DNA of 64,000 nucleotides from an uncultured delta proteobacterium (GCA_963754925.1 CAVWHX010000001.1:1-64000); one strand, 5' to 3'. Counted from the first letter of the stretch, positions 1 to 10,716 are shown. Program-made: numbers and translations. Notes: generated by a model from the letters alone, not told the origin.

Positions 1-325
1 GGCAAGGCGATCCAGGCCGAGACCGAACGCTCATCCAGGTCGCCCCGGTCTGGCCCGGCGCCTTCGCCGCCGGGCGCCCCTGACCAAACGCCGGCCCGCA
101 ACAAGGCGGAAGGTGGGCTAACCCGTCCCGCGGCGAAGCCCGCGGCCCGTTCGCCAACGACGTCCTCTCCCTCCGGGCGTCGCATCGCCGTGCCGGTCGG
201 CTCGATCTGCACCTTCATCGGGTGGCCGATGCCCTCGGCCTGCGCGGCCCCGGGGGGTCCCGGCGGGATCGTCCTCGTCATCGACGGATCCGGCTGACCG
301 GGCAGTCCACGGCCCGGCGGTTCCC

Positions 326-892
326 TCAGCCGGGCGGCGCCAGTCCGGCGGCCCGTGCCCGCTCGGCCAGCCGCAGCACCGGCACGAGCCAGGGGGCGCT
401 GTTCGCGGCGGGTACGAGGACCTCGCCAGGTACGTCCCAGCGCAGGGCGGCGACCTCGGTAGGGTCGGGAACCGGTTCGCCCACGACCTTCCGACGAGGA
501 CGTGGTCGAACTCGTGCTCGACAAGCCCGGAGTCCGGGCACGACCGCGCGGTAGGTGAGCGTGCCGACCTCGGTGAGACGGCAGCAAAGGCCGAGCTCCT
601 CCGCCACACGCCGCTCGGCGGAGTCGACGATGTCCTCGCCGGGACGCGGGTGGCTGCAGCACGAGTTGGCCCAGGCGAGCGGGAAGTGGTACTTCGTGCC
701 GGCGCGCTGCTGGAGGAGCACCGGCCCGTCAATCCGGTAAAGGACAACGGAAAAGGCGAGGTGGAGACGGCCGGGTGGCACGTGCGCCGTCAGCTTCGGT
801 GCCGTGCCAGTCGGCTCCCCCGCCTCGGAGACGAGCACGACGACGTCGCCGTCGGCGACGGAGGCCTCGCGGTCCGTCCGCCCTTGCTCCAC
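326..892 (-). CDS. idi: Isopentenyl-diphosphate delta-isomerase, type 1 (Nudix fold); two compensating frameshifts near 490-540
   Basis: Motifs [36 protein letters not shown]. The conserved segment [13 protein letters not shown] lies in the neighbouring frame (ORF 118..747). Start approximate. Confidence 0.85.
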   Translation of the reverse strand: MEQGRTDREASVADGDVVVLVSEAGEPTGTAPKLTAHVPPGRLHLAFSVVLYRIDGPVLLQQRAGTKYHFPLAWANSCCSHPRPGEDIVDSAERRVAEELGLCCRLTEVGTLTYRAVVPGLRACRARVRPRPRRKVVGEPVPDPTEVAALRWDVPGEVLVPAANSAPWLVPVLRLAERARAAGLAPPG

Positions 893-1041
893 GTCATCGG
901 CTCCTTGCGACCCTCCGGGACACGGTCCTGCCCCGCCGGGCGGCACCGCGTGCATGCTATGACGGACCTCGTAAGACTGTGGGGCGCGCCGGTCCCCGGA
1001 AGGGCTCGACGCAGGCGAGCAAGACGAGATCGGGGCGGTTA

Positions 1042-2001
1042 ATGGAGTACCGGCGGCTCGGCAGGTCTGGATTGCGGGTGAGCGTGCTCTCGCTCGGCTC
1101 GTGGGTGACGTTCGGGCCGCAACTCGATGTCGGGCTCGCCGCAGCGTGCCTCGCCGCGGCCCGCGAGCGGGGTGTCAACTTCTTCGACAACGCCGAGCAA
1201 TACGCCGGTGGCGAGTCGGAGCGGATCATGGGACGGGCGCTCGGCCAGCTCGGCTGGCCGCGCTACAGCTACGTCGTGTCGACGAAACTCTTCTGGGGCA
1301 TCCACGACGAGGTGAACGTCCGGAACACGCTCAACCGCAAGTACCTGCTCCAGGCGATCGACGGCTCGCTCCAACGCCTCGGCCTTGACTTCGTCGACCT
1401 GCTTTTCTGCCACCGATCCGACCCGAACACGCCGATCGAGGAGACGGTATGGGCGATGCACGACATCGTCAGCTCTGGCAGGGCCACCTACTGGGGGACC
1501 TCGGAGTGGCCGGCAGACGCCTTGCGGGCCGCCTACGAAATCGCCGAGCGCCACCACCTGCACAAGCCGGTGGTGGAACAGCCGCGCTACAACCTGCTCG
1601 AGCGCGATCGCGTCGAGGCTGACTACGCGCTCCTCTACGAGGACTGGGGGCTCGGCCTCACGACCTTCAGCCCGCTGGCCATGGGCGTGCTCACCGGCAA
1701 GTACCTCGACGGCGTTCCCGCGGGCTCGCGGGCGACGGTTCCGGGATTCGACTGGCTGCGCGAGATCGTGACCGCTCCCGAGAGGAACGCCCGCGTCCCG
1801 GCGCTCCTCCAGCTGGCCGACGAGCTCGGCTGCACGCCCGCCCAGTTGGCGATCGCCTGGTGCACGAAGAACCCGCACGTCTCGACGGTGATCACCGGCG
1901 CGAGCCGCGTCAGCCAGATCGAGGAGAACCTGCGGGCGCTCGACGTGGTGCCACTGCTCACCCCCGACGTGACGGACCGGCTCGACGCCGCCTTCCCTTG
2001 A
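1042..2001 (+). CDS. Aldo/keto reductase, Kv-beta-like subfamily
   Basis: [74 protein letters not shown]. Confidence 0.93.
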   Translation: MEYRRLGRSGLRVSVLSLGSWVTFGPQLDVGLAAACLAAARERGVNFFDNAEQYAGGESERIMGRALGQLGWPRYSYVVSTKLFWGIHDEVNVRNTLNRKYLLQAIDGSLQRLGLDFVDLLFCHRSDPNTPIEETVWAMHDIVSSGRATYWGTSEWPADALRAAYEIAERHHLHKPVVEQPRYNLLERDRVEADYALLYEDWGLGLTTFSPLAMGVLTGKYLDGVPAGSRATVPGFDWLREIVTAPERNARVPALLQLADELGCTPAQLAIAWCTKNPHVSTVITGASRVSQIEENLRALDVVPLLTPDVTDRLDAAFP

Positions 2002-2190
2002 GCCCCCGGCGGGAAGCGAAGGGACGCGCCAATTCACACGGAGTTCATCTGGCTGACACTGCCACGAAACGACTCCTGACACTCTTGGGCACGTCAGACG
2101 CGGATAGGTCCCACGTCGGGGGTGAGCGCGTCGCGGGGAGCCTCCGACGTGGGCCTGTGCCGACCAGGCCACCACCAAAGGGAGTGGTTC

Positions 2191-2677
2191 GTGAGCTACC
2201 AGGCTGAGTACATCTGGATCGACGGCGGCAAGCCGACCCCGATGATCCGTTGCAAGACGAAGATCGTCGCCGACGGGAAGGAGCCGCCGATCTGGGGCTT
2301 CGACGGTTCGAGCACGAACCAGGCGCCGGGCAACCTCTCGGACTGCGTCCTGCGACCCGTGCTCGTCACGCCCGACCCGCTCCGGGGCGGCAAGAACAAG
2401 CTCGTCCTCTGCGAGGTGCTGCTCACGGACTTCACGCCGCACCCGACAAACACGCGGGCGCCGTGCGCCGAGGTCGCCGGGCGCTTCGCCGACCAGGAGC
2501 CGATGTTCGGCATCGAGCAGGAGTACACCTTCTTCCAGGACGGCCGGCCGCTCGGCTGGCCCGAGGTCGGCTTCCCCAGCCCCAGGGCCCCTACTACTGC
2601 AGCATCGGGGCCGCGAACATCGTCGGCCGGGACATCGTCGAGCGCCACACGGCCGCCTGTTTGGAAGCGGTCTCGGG
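2191..2677 (+). pseudogene. glnII: 5' fragment of glutamine synthetase type II, frameshift near 2581, truncated at a junction
   Basis: [44 protein letters not shown], then PQGPYYC...[13 protein letters not shown] in the next frame. Homology ends at about 2675. GGAG precedes the GTG start. Confidence 0.85.
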
Positions 2678-3705
2678 TCGGCCAGGCGGTAATCCTTCTA
2701 AAGGTTCATAAAGGCTCACGGCGCACGGCAACGGTGGCGGATAACGTAGCCGCCAGCGACGATGCCGGCACGGCGCCGGTGCGTCTAACCCTCGCTCAGT
2801 TAGCGGCGCTGGATCCCGTTGGGTTGCCAATTCCGGTTGCGGCGGCAGATACGCTGGAATTAGCCGAACGGATGCATGCGATCAATTCCTCACGTATGGA
2901 TCAGTTAGCCGAGGGACGGGTGGGAGAGGTGGACAAAACGTTCTATCGAAAACACCTGAGAAGCGCGCCGGGCAATGGCCTGGCGCTATTGGTGCGGGGA
3001 GCGCACCTTTCGCCTTTTCGGGTGGAGCTTGCCGAGCAGGATCCGCACGAGCGCTGGATCGATGCCAGCGGCTTTACCCAGGAACGACACGCCGGACGGT
3101 TCATTCAGGATGTGCGATCGCACCGCGTGGTTCAAACCGGGATCATCAATCTGGAAGCAGGCAGGCGTCTGGTCGCGGCGATCGCCCCTCCTGGTGTCTA
3201 TCTGGGAAACTCCGTCAACTACTGGGTTGCTCGTCCCCGCGCAGGCTTCCCGGAAGAAGAGCTGTGCGGTTATCTCTTGGGGCTGCTCAACGCAACCGTC
3301 TTAGAATGGCGTTTTCGGCTGACGTCCTCTAACCACAATATCAATTTGTACGAGGTGCGCGCCCTTCCGCTGCCGAGTCTAACGGACGGCTGTTCGCCAT
3401 CACACGTCGCCGATTTCCTCGATCACGCGCAGGACGTGATTCGGTCGTCGCCGGAGTCGCTTCTCGACGTCGTCGGGCGCATCGTTGAGGGCGCGGGAGT
3501 TCCGCCGCGGGACGATCAGTCGGTGGCCCGGTTGATCGGACGGGTTGCCTGGTTGCGGGTTGCCGAGAGACAGGAACGGCGCCAGAGATTCTTAGAAGCG
3601 GTTTTAGATCATCTGATCAGTTGGCACCTGGGCATCGCGAAACAGACCTTGCCCGCATGCTGGAAGTTCTGCCGGCGCGGAAGGCTGTGGATTAGCCTCG
3701 GTTAA
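2675..3705 (+). pseudogene. 3' fragment of a type II restriction-modification adenine methyltransferase (Eco57I or Alw26I/Eco31I/Esp3I-like specificity region); N-terminus missing
   Basis: RRLVAAIAPPGVYLGNSVNY...YLLGLLNATVLEWRFRLTSSNHNINLYEVRALPLP resembles the C-terminal region of these methyltransferases. No catalytic NPPY motif or own start is present. Confidence 0.65.
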
Positions 3706-5288
3706 AGATACCGTATGAGATCGTCGGCCGCATGCAGACCGTCGATTGCCGACGAGGTTATCCCGCCGGCGTACCCGGCGCCTTCCCCGGCAGGAAACAA
3801 GCCAGCCACAGACAGGCTCATGCGGTCGTTGCCCCGCAGGATCCTCAGGGGGCTGCTGGTGCGGGATTCAAAGCCGAGGACGACGGCGTCGGGGCCATCG
3901 AAGCCGGGAAGCTTTTGACAGAATGAGGCCAATCCCTGGCGCAACGGTGCCGCTACCCATGGCGGCAGGAGCACGCCGAGATCGGCTGATCGTACGCCGG
4001 GACGATAATTGGTGGGCGGCAATCCGCTCGGCGCCCGGTGACCCAAGAAATCGCGGAGGCGCTGTGCCGGCGCCCGATAGCCGCCGCCGCCGGCGCGGTA
4101 TGCGGCTTCCTCCAGGGTGCGTTGGAAGCGCACCCCCGTGAGCGCATCGTCGCCTCCCAGGTCGGCCGGAGAGACGGCCACCACAAAGGCCGCGTTGGCT
4201 TGACCCGAATCGCGCTTTGCATTGCTCATGCCGTTCAGGCACAGTCGCTCGGTTTCGGTTGGCGTGGGAATGACCTGGCCGCCGGGGCACATGCAAAATG
4301 AAAACACCCCGCGGCCGGCAAAGGTGCCAGCCAAACGATAGCACGCCGGGGGCAGGGCCGGGTGGCCGGCGTAGGCGCCGTACTGGATGCGGTCGATGAG
4401 GTTCTGTGGATGGACGATGCGCACGCCGACGGCGAACGGTTTAGCCTGCGCCGCGATCCCCGCGTGTATCAATGATTCGAAGAGATCGCGCGCGCTGTTT
4501 CCCGGCGCCAAAATGGCTGCTTGGCAGGCGATTACGCCCGCGGCGAGCTTCACGCCTACCAAGCGTCCTTCCCGTAGGTCAACGCCCGTCACGCGGGTGT
4601 TGAAGAGGAACCGGCAACCCTGTGACTCGAGCGCAGCACGGAAACGTTCCAGGACCCCCGGCCAGCGGTCGGTGCCGACGTGCGGATGGGCATCGACGAG
4701 TATCTCATTCTCGTTCCCGGCTCCGTACGCATGCAGCACTTCGAGGACGTGGCGGATGGCGGGTCCCCGCAAACGCGTGAAAAGTTTCCCGTCAGAATAG
4801 GTGCCCGCGCCGCCGAGGCCGAAATGAAAATTGCCCTCGGGTGCGAGATCTCCGTTCGTCAGCAGACCGCGGATACATTCATGCCGGGCCGGCAAAGCGG
4901 GTCCCCGTTCGAGGATGACAGGCCGGATGCCGGCCGCGCAGAGGCGGTGCGCCGCAAAAAGCCCGGCAGGTCCGGTACCGACCACCGCCACCTCGGGCAG
5001 CGGTCGCACGACGACGGGCGGCGGCGGCAGAACAGGCGGGGGAGGCGCGGGGATAAGCCCCGGCGGGATCGGTCCGCGCTCGTCTGAAAGCGTTACGCGC
5101 AGGGTGAGTTCAGCGTGCGGTTTTTTGTGACGAACATCGAGCGCGCGGCGCATTACGCTAGCCGTTAAGATGCGGGAGCGTTCACAACCGAGGTGGCGCG
5201 CGGCCAACTCGACGGGGTGGCGATCGTATTCGTCGATCGGCATGCGTACCGAACGCAGGATGAATTCGTTCTGTTGAGCACCTGCCAT
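3702..5288 (-). CDS. FAD-dependent oxidoreductase (COG2509-like)
   Basis: VVGTGPAGLFAA, GGAGTYSDGKL, PHVGTD, FSFCMCPGG, ESRTSSP, GEGAGYAGGITSSAIDG. Confidence 0.9.
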   Translation of the reverse strand: MAGAQQNEFILRSVRMPIDEYDRHPVELAARHLGCERSRILTASVMRRALDVRHKKPHAELTLRVTLSDERGPIPPGLIPAPPPPVLPPPPVVVRPLPEVAVVGTGPAGLFAAHRLCAAGIRPVILERGPALPARHECIRGLLTNGDLAPEGNFHFGLGGAGTYSDGKLFTRLRGPAIRHVLEVLHAYGAGNENEILVDAHPHVGTDRWPGVLERFRAALESQGCRFLFNTRVTGVDLREGRLVGVKLAAGVIACQAAILAPGNSARDLFESLIHAGIAAQAKPFAVGVRIVHPQNLIDRIQYGAYAGHPALPPACYRLAGTFAGRGVFSFCMCPGGQVIPTPTETERLCLNGMSNAKRDSGQANAAFVVAVSPADLGGDDALTGVRFQRTLEEAAYRAGGGGYRAPAQRLRDFLGHRAPSGLPPTNYRPGVRSADLGVLLPPWVAAPLRQGLASFCQKLPGFDGPDAVVLGFESRTSSPLRILRGNDRMSLSVAGLFPAGEGAGYAGGITSSAIDGLHAADDLIRYL

Positions 5289-5458
5289 GGTATCAGGAGA
5301 ATATGGTTATTCCGCCGTATCGACAAAGTTAATGGTTTTTGGGCCTAAGATTTGACTCGGATTGCGTGGCAACATAAGATTTGAAATCGTCATTGACCTA
5401 CCATGCTTGATGGGTCCAGCGGTACCGGGGTACCGGGCGCCTATCGCGGGAGGATTGG

Positions 5459-5833
5459 ATGAGCCGAACCATAGTGATTGCAGACGATAGTCTGGTCATC
5501 AGCCGGCAGTTAACTAAGGTGATTGAGGAAATCGGCGAATATCAGATAGTCGGCCAAGCCAAGAATGGGGCCGAGGCCGTAAAGCTTTTTCAAAGCCTCA
5601 AACCGGATGCGGTGCTGATGGATATCAACATGCCGCTCATGGATGGCATTCAAAGCTTACGCACCATCTTGCGACTTGACGCGAAGGCGCGGGTAGTCAT
5701 GATTTCATCGCTGGGCGCCGTCGGTGATAAAGCGCAGGAAGCACTAAAATTGGGAGCGCGTAATGTTATCTCCAAACCGTTCGAACCTGACCGGATACGA
5801 ACGGTCCTTGAGAACTTGTTTACTCAGGGGTGA
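5459..5833 (+). CDS. Single-domain response regulator (CheY-like)
   Basis: IADDS, LMDINMPLMDG, MISSLG, ISKPF receiver motifs. Confidence 0.92.
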   Translation: MSRTIVIADDSLVISRQLTKVIEEIGEYQIVGQAKNGAEAVKLFQSLKPDAVLMDINMPLMDGIQSLRTILRLDAKARVVMISSLGAVGDKAQEALKLGARNVISKPFEPDRIRTVLENLFTQG

Positions 5834-5837
5834 CCAC

Positions 5838-6704
5838 GTGGGCGGAATCCAGTTTTTTGGGGAATTCTTGATCGAGCGCTGGGTAATTACTCGAGAGCAG
5901 CTTCTCGAAGCCCTTGAGCTGCAGGAGTACCGAAATCTGAAGTTCGGGAGCCTGGCGGTACGAAAGGGGTATCTGACCGAGGAGGATGTAAAAGTAATCA
6001 ATGACTATCAGCGCAATGAAGATATGCGCTTCGGCGACATCGCCGTCATGCTTGGCTTACTTTCCCCGGATCAGGCTCAAGAAATTATAACGTATCAAAA
6101 GAACAACTACCTGTATCTGGGGGAGGCCTTGCTCGAGCTGGGGCACGTAACCGAAGACGTTATGGACCGCGAGCTGTCCATCTTCCGCGAGGAGCAAGCG
6201 CCCTACGGGTTGGACGACTTAATGGCGCAAGGGGAAATTATCGGAGAGGAATTGGTGCCGATTTGTCTGGAACTCACCGGAAAGATGTTTTTACGCATGG
6301 TTGGGATAGGTTTGAAAATAGGAGAGGGTATATTCAACGCCGCCGGCCAACAGGAACCCAGTTTCTATCATCTGTCGGTTTCCGTGCCGCTTAAGGGGAA
6401 GATTCCCATTAACTTTGTATTGAGTGTCTCGGACGATTTAGCTATTATAATAGCCTCTCGTTTGCTGGGTGAGGATATCAAGAACGAACCCCAGGAGGTG
6501 ATTGAAGACTCGGTTAAAGAATTCTGTAATGTTGTTTGCGGCAACGTGGTGGCCAAACTTGCGAGGCGGGGAGTTAGATTAACGCTGGGATTGCCGGAAG
6601 TATTGGCGGCAGTGCCGGTTGCAACCGATGGGTTTTCAGTGCTCGTATTTCCCGTTAAATGTGTCGCAAGGAGCGATGGACCTTCGGTTTTTGATACCGA
6701 ATAG
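5838..6704 (+). CDS. CheX-like phosphatase with N-terminal MshEN-like repeats
   Basis: Four repeats of (F/L)Gxx(L/A)xxxxxxxxxxxxxxxxxQ, then a CheC/CheX E-x-x-N motif (DSVKEFCNVVCGN). Possible frameshift in the last ~15 codons. Confidence 0.72.
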   Translation: MGGIQFFGEFLIERWVITREQLLEALELQEYRNLKFGSLAVRKGYLTEEDVKVINDYQRNEDMRFGDIAVMLGLLSPDQAQEIITYQKNNYLYLGEALLELGHVTEDVMDRELSIFREEQAPYGLDDLMAQGEIIGEELVPICLELTGKMFLRMVGIGLKIGEGIFNAAGQQEPSFYHLSVSVPLKGKIPINFVLSVSDDLAIIIASRLLGEDIKNEPQEVIEDSVKEFCNVVCGNVVAKLARRGVRLTLGLPEVLAAVPVATDGFSVLVFPVKCVARSDGPSVFDTE

Positions 6705-6705
6705 T

Positions 6706-6764
6706 TAGAGACAGTTAGCGAACGCAGTGAGCTTACTGTCTCTTATCCCCTCGGGAGGAGCCAG
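6706..6764 (+). repeat. TAG-flanked hairpin element, copy 1
   Basis: TAG AGACAGT TAGC GA AC GCA GT GA GCTT ACTGTCT CTTATCCCC...GGAGC CAG. Confidence 0.75.
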
Positions 6765-6821
6765 AGGGGGGTAACGTTTCTGTGAGGGGCGTACAATCAT
6801 TGCCCCAGGGAGTACCAAAAC

Positions 6822-7103
6822 ATGTCGGCGTTGAAACTTGCAGCCTTTGGGATATGGGAGCTGGTTCTCGTTCTACTCATTGTGATCGTGATCTTCGGTG
6901 TGGGGAAATTGCCACAACTCGGGGATGCGCTCGGTCGATCCATCCGCAACTTCAAGAAAGCCTACCATGATGAGTCGTCGGAGGAACCCGGACAGGCGCA
7001 TCAGGTCGATGGTTCGACCGACCGCGATCGACTCTCCCCGCCGAAGGAAAATTCTTCCTTGAAAACCAATGAGGATTCAAAATCGAAGACTGAGCACCAC
7101 TAG
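6822..7103 (+). CDS. tatA: Twin-arginine translocase TatA/E
   Basis: GIWELVLVLLIVIVIFGVGKLPQLGDALGRSIRNFKKA. Confidence 0.93.
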   Translation: MSALKLAAFGIWELVLVLLIVIVIFGVGKLPQLGDALGRSIRNFKKAYHDESSEEPGQAHQVDGSTDRDRLSPPKENSSLKTNEDSKSKTEHH

Positions 7104-7235
7104 AGCCAATCACGCTCGATTTGGAAATCTTTCCGCGGCATAGCCAGAAAGTGGTAGACTACCATTATGGTAGCGCGGGTGGTATGATGTGGTTGGTGCG
7201 CTCTCACTCGTTCCGAGAGATCGGGGTGTGGTAGC

Positions 7236-7568
7236 ATGTTTGGAATTGGCACTTGGGAATTAATATTGATTTTGCTGCTGGCGCTTATCGTGCTCGGTCC
7301 GACCAAGCTGCCCGAGGTTGCCCGGCAACTGGGCCGCAACCTGGCCAAGTTACGGCAAGTGACCGACGAGCTCAAACGTGAAATCAATTTGGATCAGATC
7401 AAGAGCGAGTTGGAAGATGTCAGATCGAGGCCGCTGCGTCATCTGACCGAACAGTTGCCAGAACCTAAAAACGCCACGGATCAAAAAGATCCGGTGCCCA
7501 TGCCGGGCCCGATGCCTATCGAGTATCGCTCAGAGCCAACCGAAAGCAAAGAAGACAAAAAAGGTTAA
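7236..7568 (+). CDS. tatB: Twin-arginine translocase TatB
   Basis: MFGIGTWELILILLLALIVLGPTKLPEVARQLG. Confidence 0.88.
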   Translation: MFGIGTWELILILLLALIVLGPTKLPEVARQLGRNLAKLRQVTDELKREINLDQIKSELEDVRSRPLRHLTEQLPEPKNATDQKDPVPMPGPMPIEYRSEPTESKEDKKG

Positions 7569-7608
7569 GGTCTTACATCACGTCCCCCCCGTGAAAGCGC
7601 TGTGCGGT

Positions 7609-7659
7609 TAGAGACTCTTACGAACGAAGTGAGTTAGAGTCTCTTATCCTGTGGGCTTG
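7609..7659 (+). repeat. TAG-flanked hairpin element, copy 2
   Basis: TAG AGACTCT TAC GA AC GAA GT GA GTT AGAGTCT CTTATCC. Confidence 0.75.
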
Positions 7660-7679
7660 GCTGGGGGTTCAGAAGTTAT

Positions 7680-7707
7680 GTAGGGGCGTATGGCCATACG
7701 CCCTTAC
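7680..7707. repeat. GTAG-type REP-like palindrome
   Basis: GTAG GGGCGTATGG CCATACGCCC TTAC; followed by a further hairpin at about 7712-7744. Confidence 0.65.
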
Positions 7708-7865
7708 AGGCGCCCGTAACGCGAGCAACACTCGCGAACGGGCTCCTGGAGATTCCTGCAACATCCTCGATATCGGGAGAGGGGAGACTCATCGTTTCCG
7801 GAACCACTAGCGTCACGCTGTTCATTTTGGTATAAGCACAGGTCAGGGAGGAATCGCCCGGCGTT

Positions 7866-9917
7866 ATGCCAAAACAGAACTGTCCAGCCTGCGGCGTGCT
7901 CTTGGATGTGAGTATTTTCGTGAGCGGTCAGCGCGTGCGGTGCTCGGCATGCGGAGTGCCCTTTGAGGTTCAACGTCCCGACTCAATGATTGTTGAAGGC
8001 ACGGGCGTTGAGATGACCCATCGGGAGCGCTTCCAGGCTCTGCAGAAACCAGGGCAGCATTCGCCCAGCGTGACGCCGAAGGCGCCGACCTCCACCCAGC
8101 AAACCGAAACCACCGCCGACGATGAGATCCCCGCGGTTCCCGGTTATCAGCTCTACGAAGTGATCGGCAAGGGCGGTATGGGTAAGGTTTACCGAGCCAA
8201 GCAACTGTCGCTCAATCGGGTGGTGGCCATCAAGGTTCTCAATGAGGATCTGGCCCAACACAAGAGCTTCATCAAGCGCTTCGAGAAGGAGACCGCCTCG
8301 CTGGCCACCCTCAACCATCCAAACATCACCTCGATCATCGACCGTGGTCGCACCAATAAGACGTTCTTTTTTGTAATGGAATACGTCGACGACATTTCCC
8401 TGCGACATAAAATTCAACGCGGCCCAATGCCGATTCCGGACATCATCGATATCTTTGCGCCGCTCTGTCGGGCGCTGGATCACGCCCACAAGCACGGGGT
8501 GATCCACCGCGACCTCAAGCCGGAGAATATTCTCTTCAACCGCGAAGGGGTCATGAAGGTGGCCGATTTTGGCCTGGCCAATATCCTGGCGGCGGATAGG
8601 CGGTGGGAGCTCACCCGAACCCAGGTGAGCATGGGAACGGTCAATTACATGGCCCCGGAACAACACCGGGACGCCAAGCACGTCGACCACCGCGCCGATA
8701 TTTACTCGATTGGGGTGATGATGTACGAGGCCCTCCTGGGCGAGCTGCCGCTCGGGCGTTTCGACCCGCCTTCCAAGCGCCGAAAAGACGTCGACGAGCG
8801 GATGGACGCGCTGGTGCTGAAAATGTTGGAGCAAGATGTTGAGCGCCGGCCCCAGAAGGCCGAGTTGGTGGCGGTCGCACTGGAAAACCTACGCCAACGA
8901 CGGGGTGAAGCGGCGGCGGCAACCCGCCTTGCGGATGCGCCCCGGCGCGCCGAAGCGTCGCCGCCGGACCATCGGCCGCCCGTTGCTGCGGACGGGGCGA
9001 ACCATTTCGAGGGCGACCAGCCTGAACCGGTCCTTCGGCCAACCGCTCGATGGTTCGACCGCTTTCGTTTTTCCCATCCAGTTCGGCTAATCGTTGCAAC
9101 CGCCGTGGTGATAGCCATCGGCATAATCGTCGCCTTTCTGTTGCTGTACAGCGATATGCACAACGACCTCGGCGATTTGGTGCTGGTGCGCGATGACGGT
9201 CGCATGGGTGTCAAGGTCGTTCATCCACGTGAGGTAAAATACCTTGCGCCGGCCTCCGTGCGGCGAGAGGCAGGCCGACAGGTGGTGCGCTTTGACTTTC
9301 TCCCGTCGTCCCAATCGACCATTCCTACGACCTTTATCGGCGGGACCTGGGAGGTGGCGCGGGGCGCGCTCATCCAAGAGACAGGTAAACAATCCTTTAC
9401 CGTCAATCAGATTCCAACCCGGGCGCTCTTTGGACCTACGCCGTTGCCGCCGAGTGGCGTAGTCGTCAAGGTCACGCTATCGGCAAGTCCAGCCGTGCAG
9501 GTAGAGTCCGGACGTACCCTGAGCCTGCACGAGTACCTCACTAAAAATCTCAGTGGGCTTGGGTTAGCTATCCCCGGCAGCATTCAACAAAAAGTCGGGG
9601 TGGGTTTTGTGGGAAAGGACGGCCGTGGCTTGGAGCTTCTGCTGTCAGTCTCCTCAAAAGAGCGCCCCTTCGTCTCCCGGAGCGGCGGTGACATGGAAGG
9701 CGCTTCGCATAGTTTGTCGGTAGCGCCGCTATCGACCGCTGATCCCATTCAACTAAAACTCACGTTGTCTGAAGGTCGGGTGCGGGCGGTGGCCGACGAG
9801 GTTGAACTACTCGATGAGTTGGCTGGTTTTCCGTTGGGGTTTGAGGGCTATCCAGCTATCTTGTGCCAAAATGCGCGTTGTGTCATCAATTCGATAGAGT
9901 ATACTATCGGACACTGA
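7866..9917 (+). CDS. Membrane-anchored Hanks-type Ser/Thr protein kinase with N-terminal zinc ribbon
   Basis: CPAC...CSAC; GKGGMGKVY, VAIK, HRDLKPEN, DFG, YMAPE, DIYSIG; hydrophobic helix LIVATAVVIAIGIIVAFLLLY. Confidence 0.95.
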   Translation: MPKQNCPACGVLLDVSIFVSGQRVRCSACGVPFEVQRPDSMIVEGTGVEMTHRERFQALQKPGQHSPSVTPKAPTSTQQTETTADDEIPAVPGYQLYEVIGKGGMGKVYRAKQLSLNRVVAIKVLNEDLAQHKSFIKRFEKETASLATLNHPNITSIIDRGRTNKTFFFVMEYVDDISLRHKIQRGPMPIPDIIDIFAPLCRALDHAHKHGVIHRDLKPENILFNREGVMKVADFGLANILAADRRWELTRTQVSMGTVNYMAPEQHRDAKHVDHRADIYSIGVMMYEALLGELPLGRFDPPSKRRKDVDERMDALVLKMLEQDVERRPQKAELVAVALENLRQRRGEAAAATRLADAPRRAEASPPDHRPPVAADGANHFEGDQPEPVLRPTARWFDRFRFSHPVRLIVATAVVIAIGIIVAFLLLYSDMHNDLGDLVLVRDDGRMGVKVVHPREVKYLAPASVRREAGRQVVRFDFLPSSQSTIPTTFIGGTWEVARGALIQETGKQSFTVNQIPTRALFGPTPLPPSGVVVKVTLSASPAVQVESGRTLSLHEYLTKNLSGLGLAIPGSIQQKVGVGFVGKDGRGLELLLSVSSKERPFVSRSGGDMEGASHSLSVAPLSTADPIQLKLTLSEGRVRAVADEVELLDELAGFPLGFEGYPAILCQNARCVINSIEYTIGH

Positions 9918-9978
9918 AGCCGTCGTTTAATTGGCATCAATGCGACAGCCTCGTTTGAACGGTCAGGATTATTTTGGA

Positions 9979-10716
9979 TTATTGCCGGGGGCAGGTATCA
10001 GTGCCGGTAAGCCCTCGAAAACTTTCGACCACATCGTCTCTCAAAACTGCCGTCCTCCCCGGAGCATATTCCCAGCGTTCAATCTTAATGCCCTTGTCGA
10101 AGCGTCGATTGATGCGGTCAGGGTAGCCGCGAGAGCGCACCAACGCATTTGCGCTCATACCTTTCCAAACGGTCTTCGTATCGATGGCCCGAAGCTCTTC
10201 GGGGGGACGGGTCTCAAACGCCATGCGCGGGTCCTCGATGACGAGATATTCATGCAAAGAATTCATAAATTGTTCGGTGCTCGTGAATTCAGGGGTCAAT
10301 ACTAAAACATAGGGCTTTCCATTCGGATTGTCTTTGAGTTCGAGCGTCACCCAGGTGAAAAATCTGGGCGACCGAAGCTTGCGAATGGCCATGTTCCCTT
10401 TTGTTGGAAAATCAATCTGCCTCATCACCATCTTCGTTCCCATCGGCAATACGCCGAGCGGATTGGGCGGCAGGATGGGAGCGCCGCCGGGGCTCTCAAT
10501 CAACGGGCGTTCGTCGAAAGCCCGTTCGGAAACAAGGTAACGATCGTCGTACTCATAAAACTGGCCATAGTAAAGGGAGTACCTAAGATAGAATGGTCGG
10601 TACTTTAGGTCCTGTTGTATTTTTTCCTGATCAGGGGTCGAGAGCAGCACGTAGGCTTGGCAGCCGGTCATGCTGAGGACGAAGCAGTAGCAAATGATAA
10701 TGAGCCTCCATTGCAT
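9979..10716 (-). CDS. Putative lipoprotein, function unknown
   Basis: Signal peptide ending SMTGC; C-terminal GMS...LV.SRGYP...ERWEY resembles SmpA/BamE-like small domains. Confidence 0.65.
   Translation of the reverse strand: MQWRLIIICYCFVLSMTGCQAYVLLSTPDQEKIQQDLKYRPFYLRYSLYYGQFYEYDDRYLVSERAFDERPLIESPGGAPILPPNPLGVLPMGTKMVMRQIDFPTKGNMAIRKLRSPRFFTWVTLELKDNPNGKPYVLVLTPEFTSTEQFMNSLHEYLVIEDPRMAFETRPPEELRAIDTKTVWKGMSANALVRSRGYPDRINRRFDKGIKIERWEYAPGRTAVLRDDVVESFRGLTGTDTCPRQ

Noticed and set aside
1..117. Possible 3' end of a gene at the window start
   Set aside because: Too short to assign a frame or product
1039..2442. Long antisense ORFs (e.g. 1039..2442, 26439..27341, 52403..53455)
   Set aside because: Shadow frames of well-supported genes in GC-rich DNA
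2669..2674. GGTCTC (Eco31I/BsaI site) at the junction next to an Eco31I-like methyltransferase fragment
   Set aside because: It can be explained by GSII codons (A-G-L-G), and a single 6-mer is expected by chance
2122..3705. 527-aa ORF as a novel glutamine synthetase-methyltransferase fusion protein
   Set aside because: Both halves lack their catalytic cores, continuity depends on a frameshift near 2581, and base composition changes at the join
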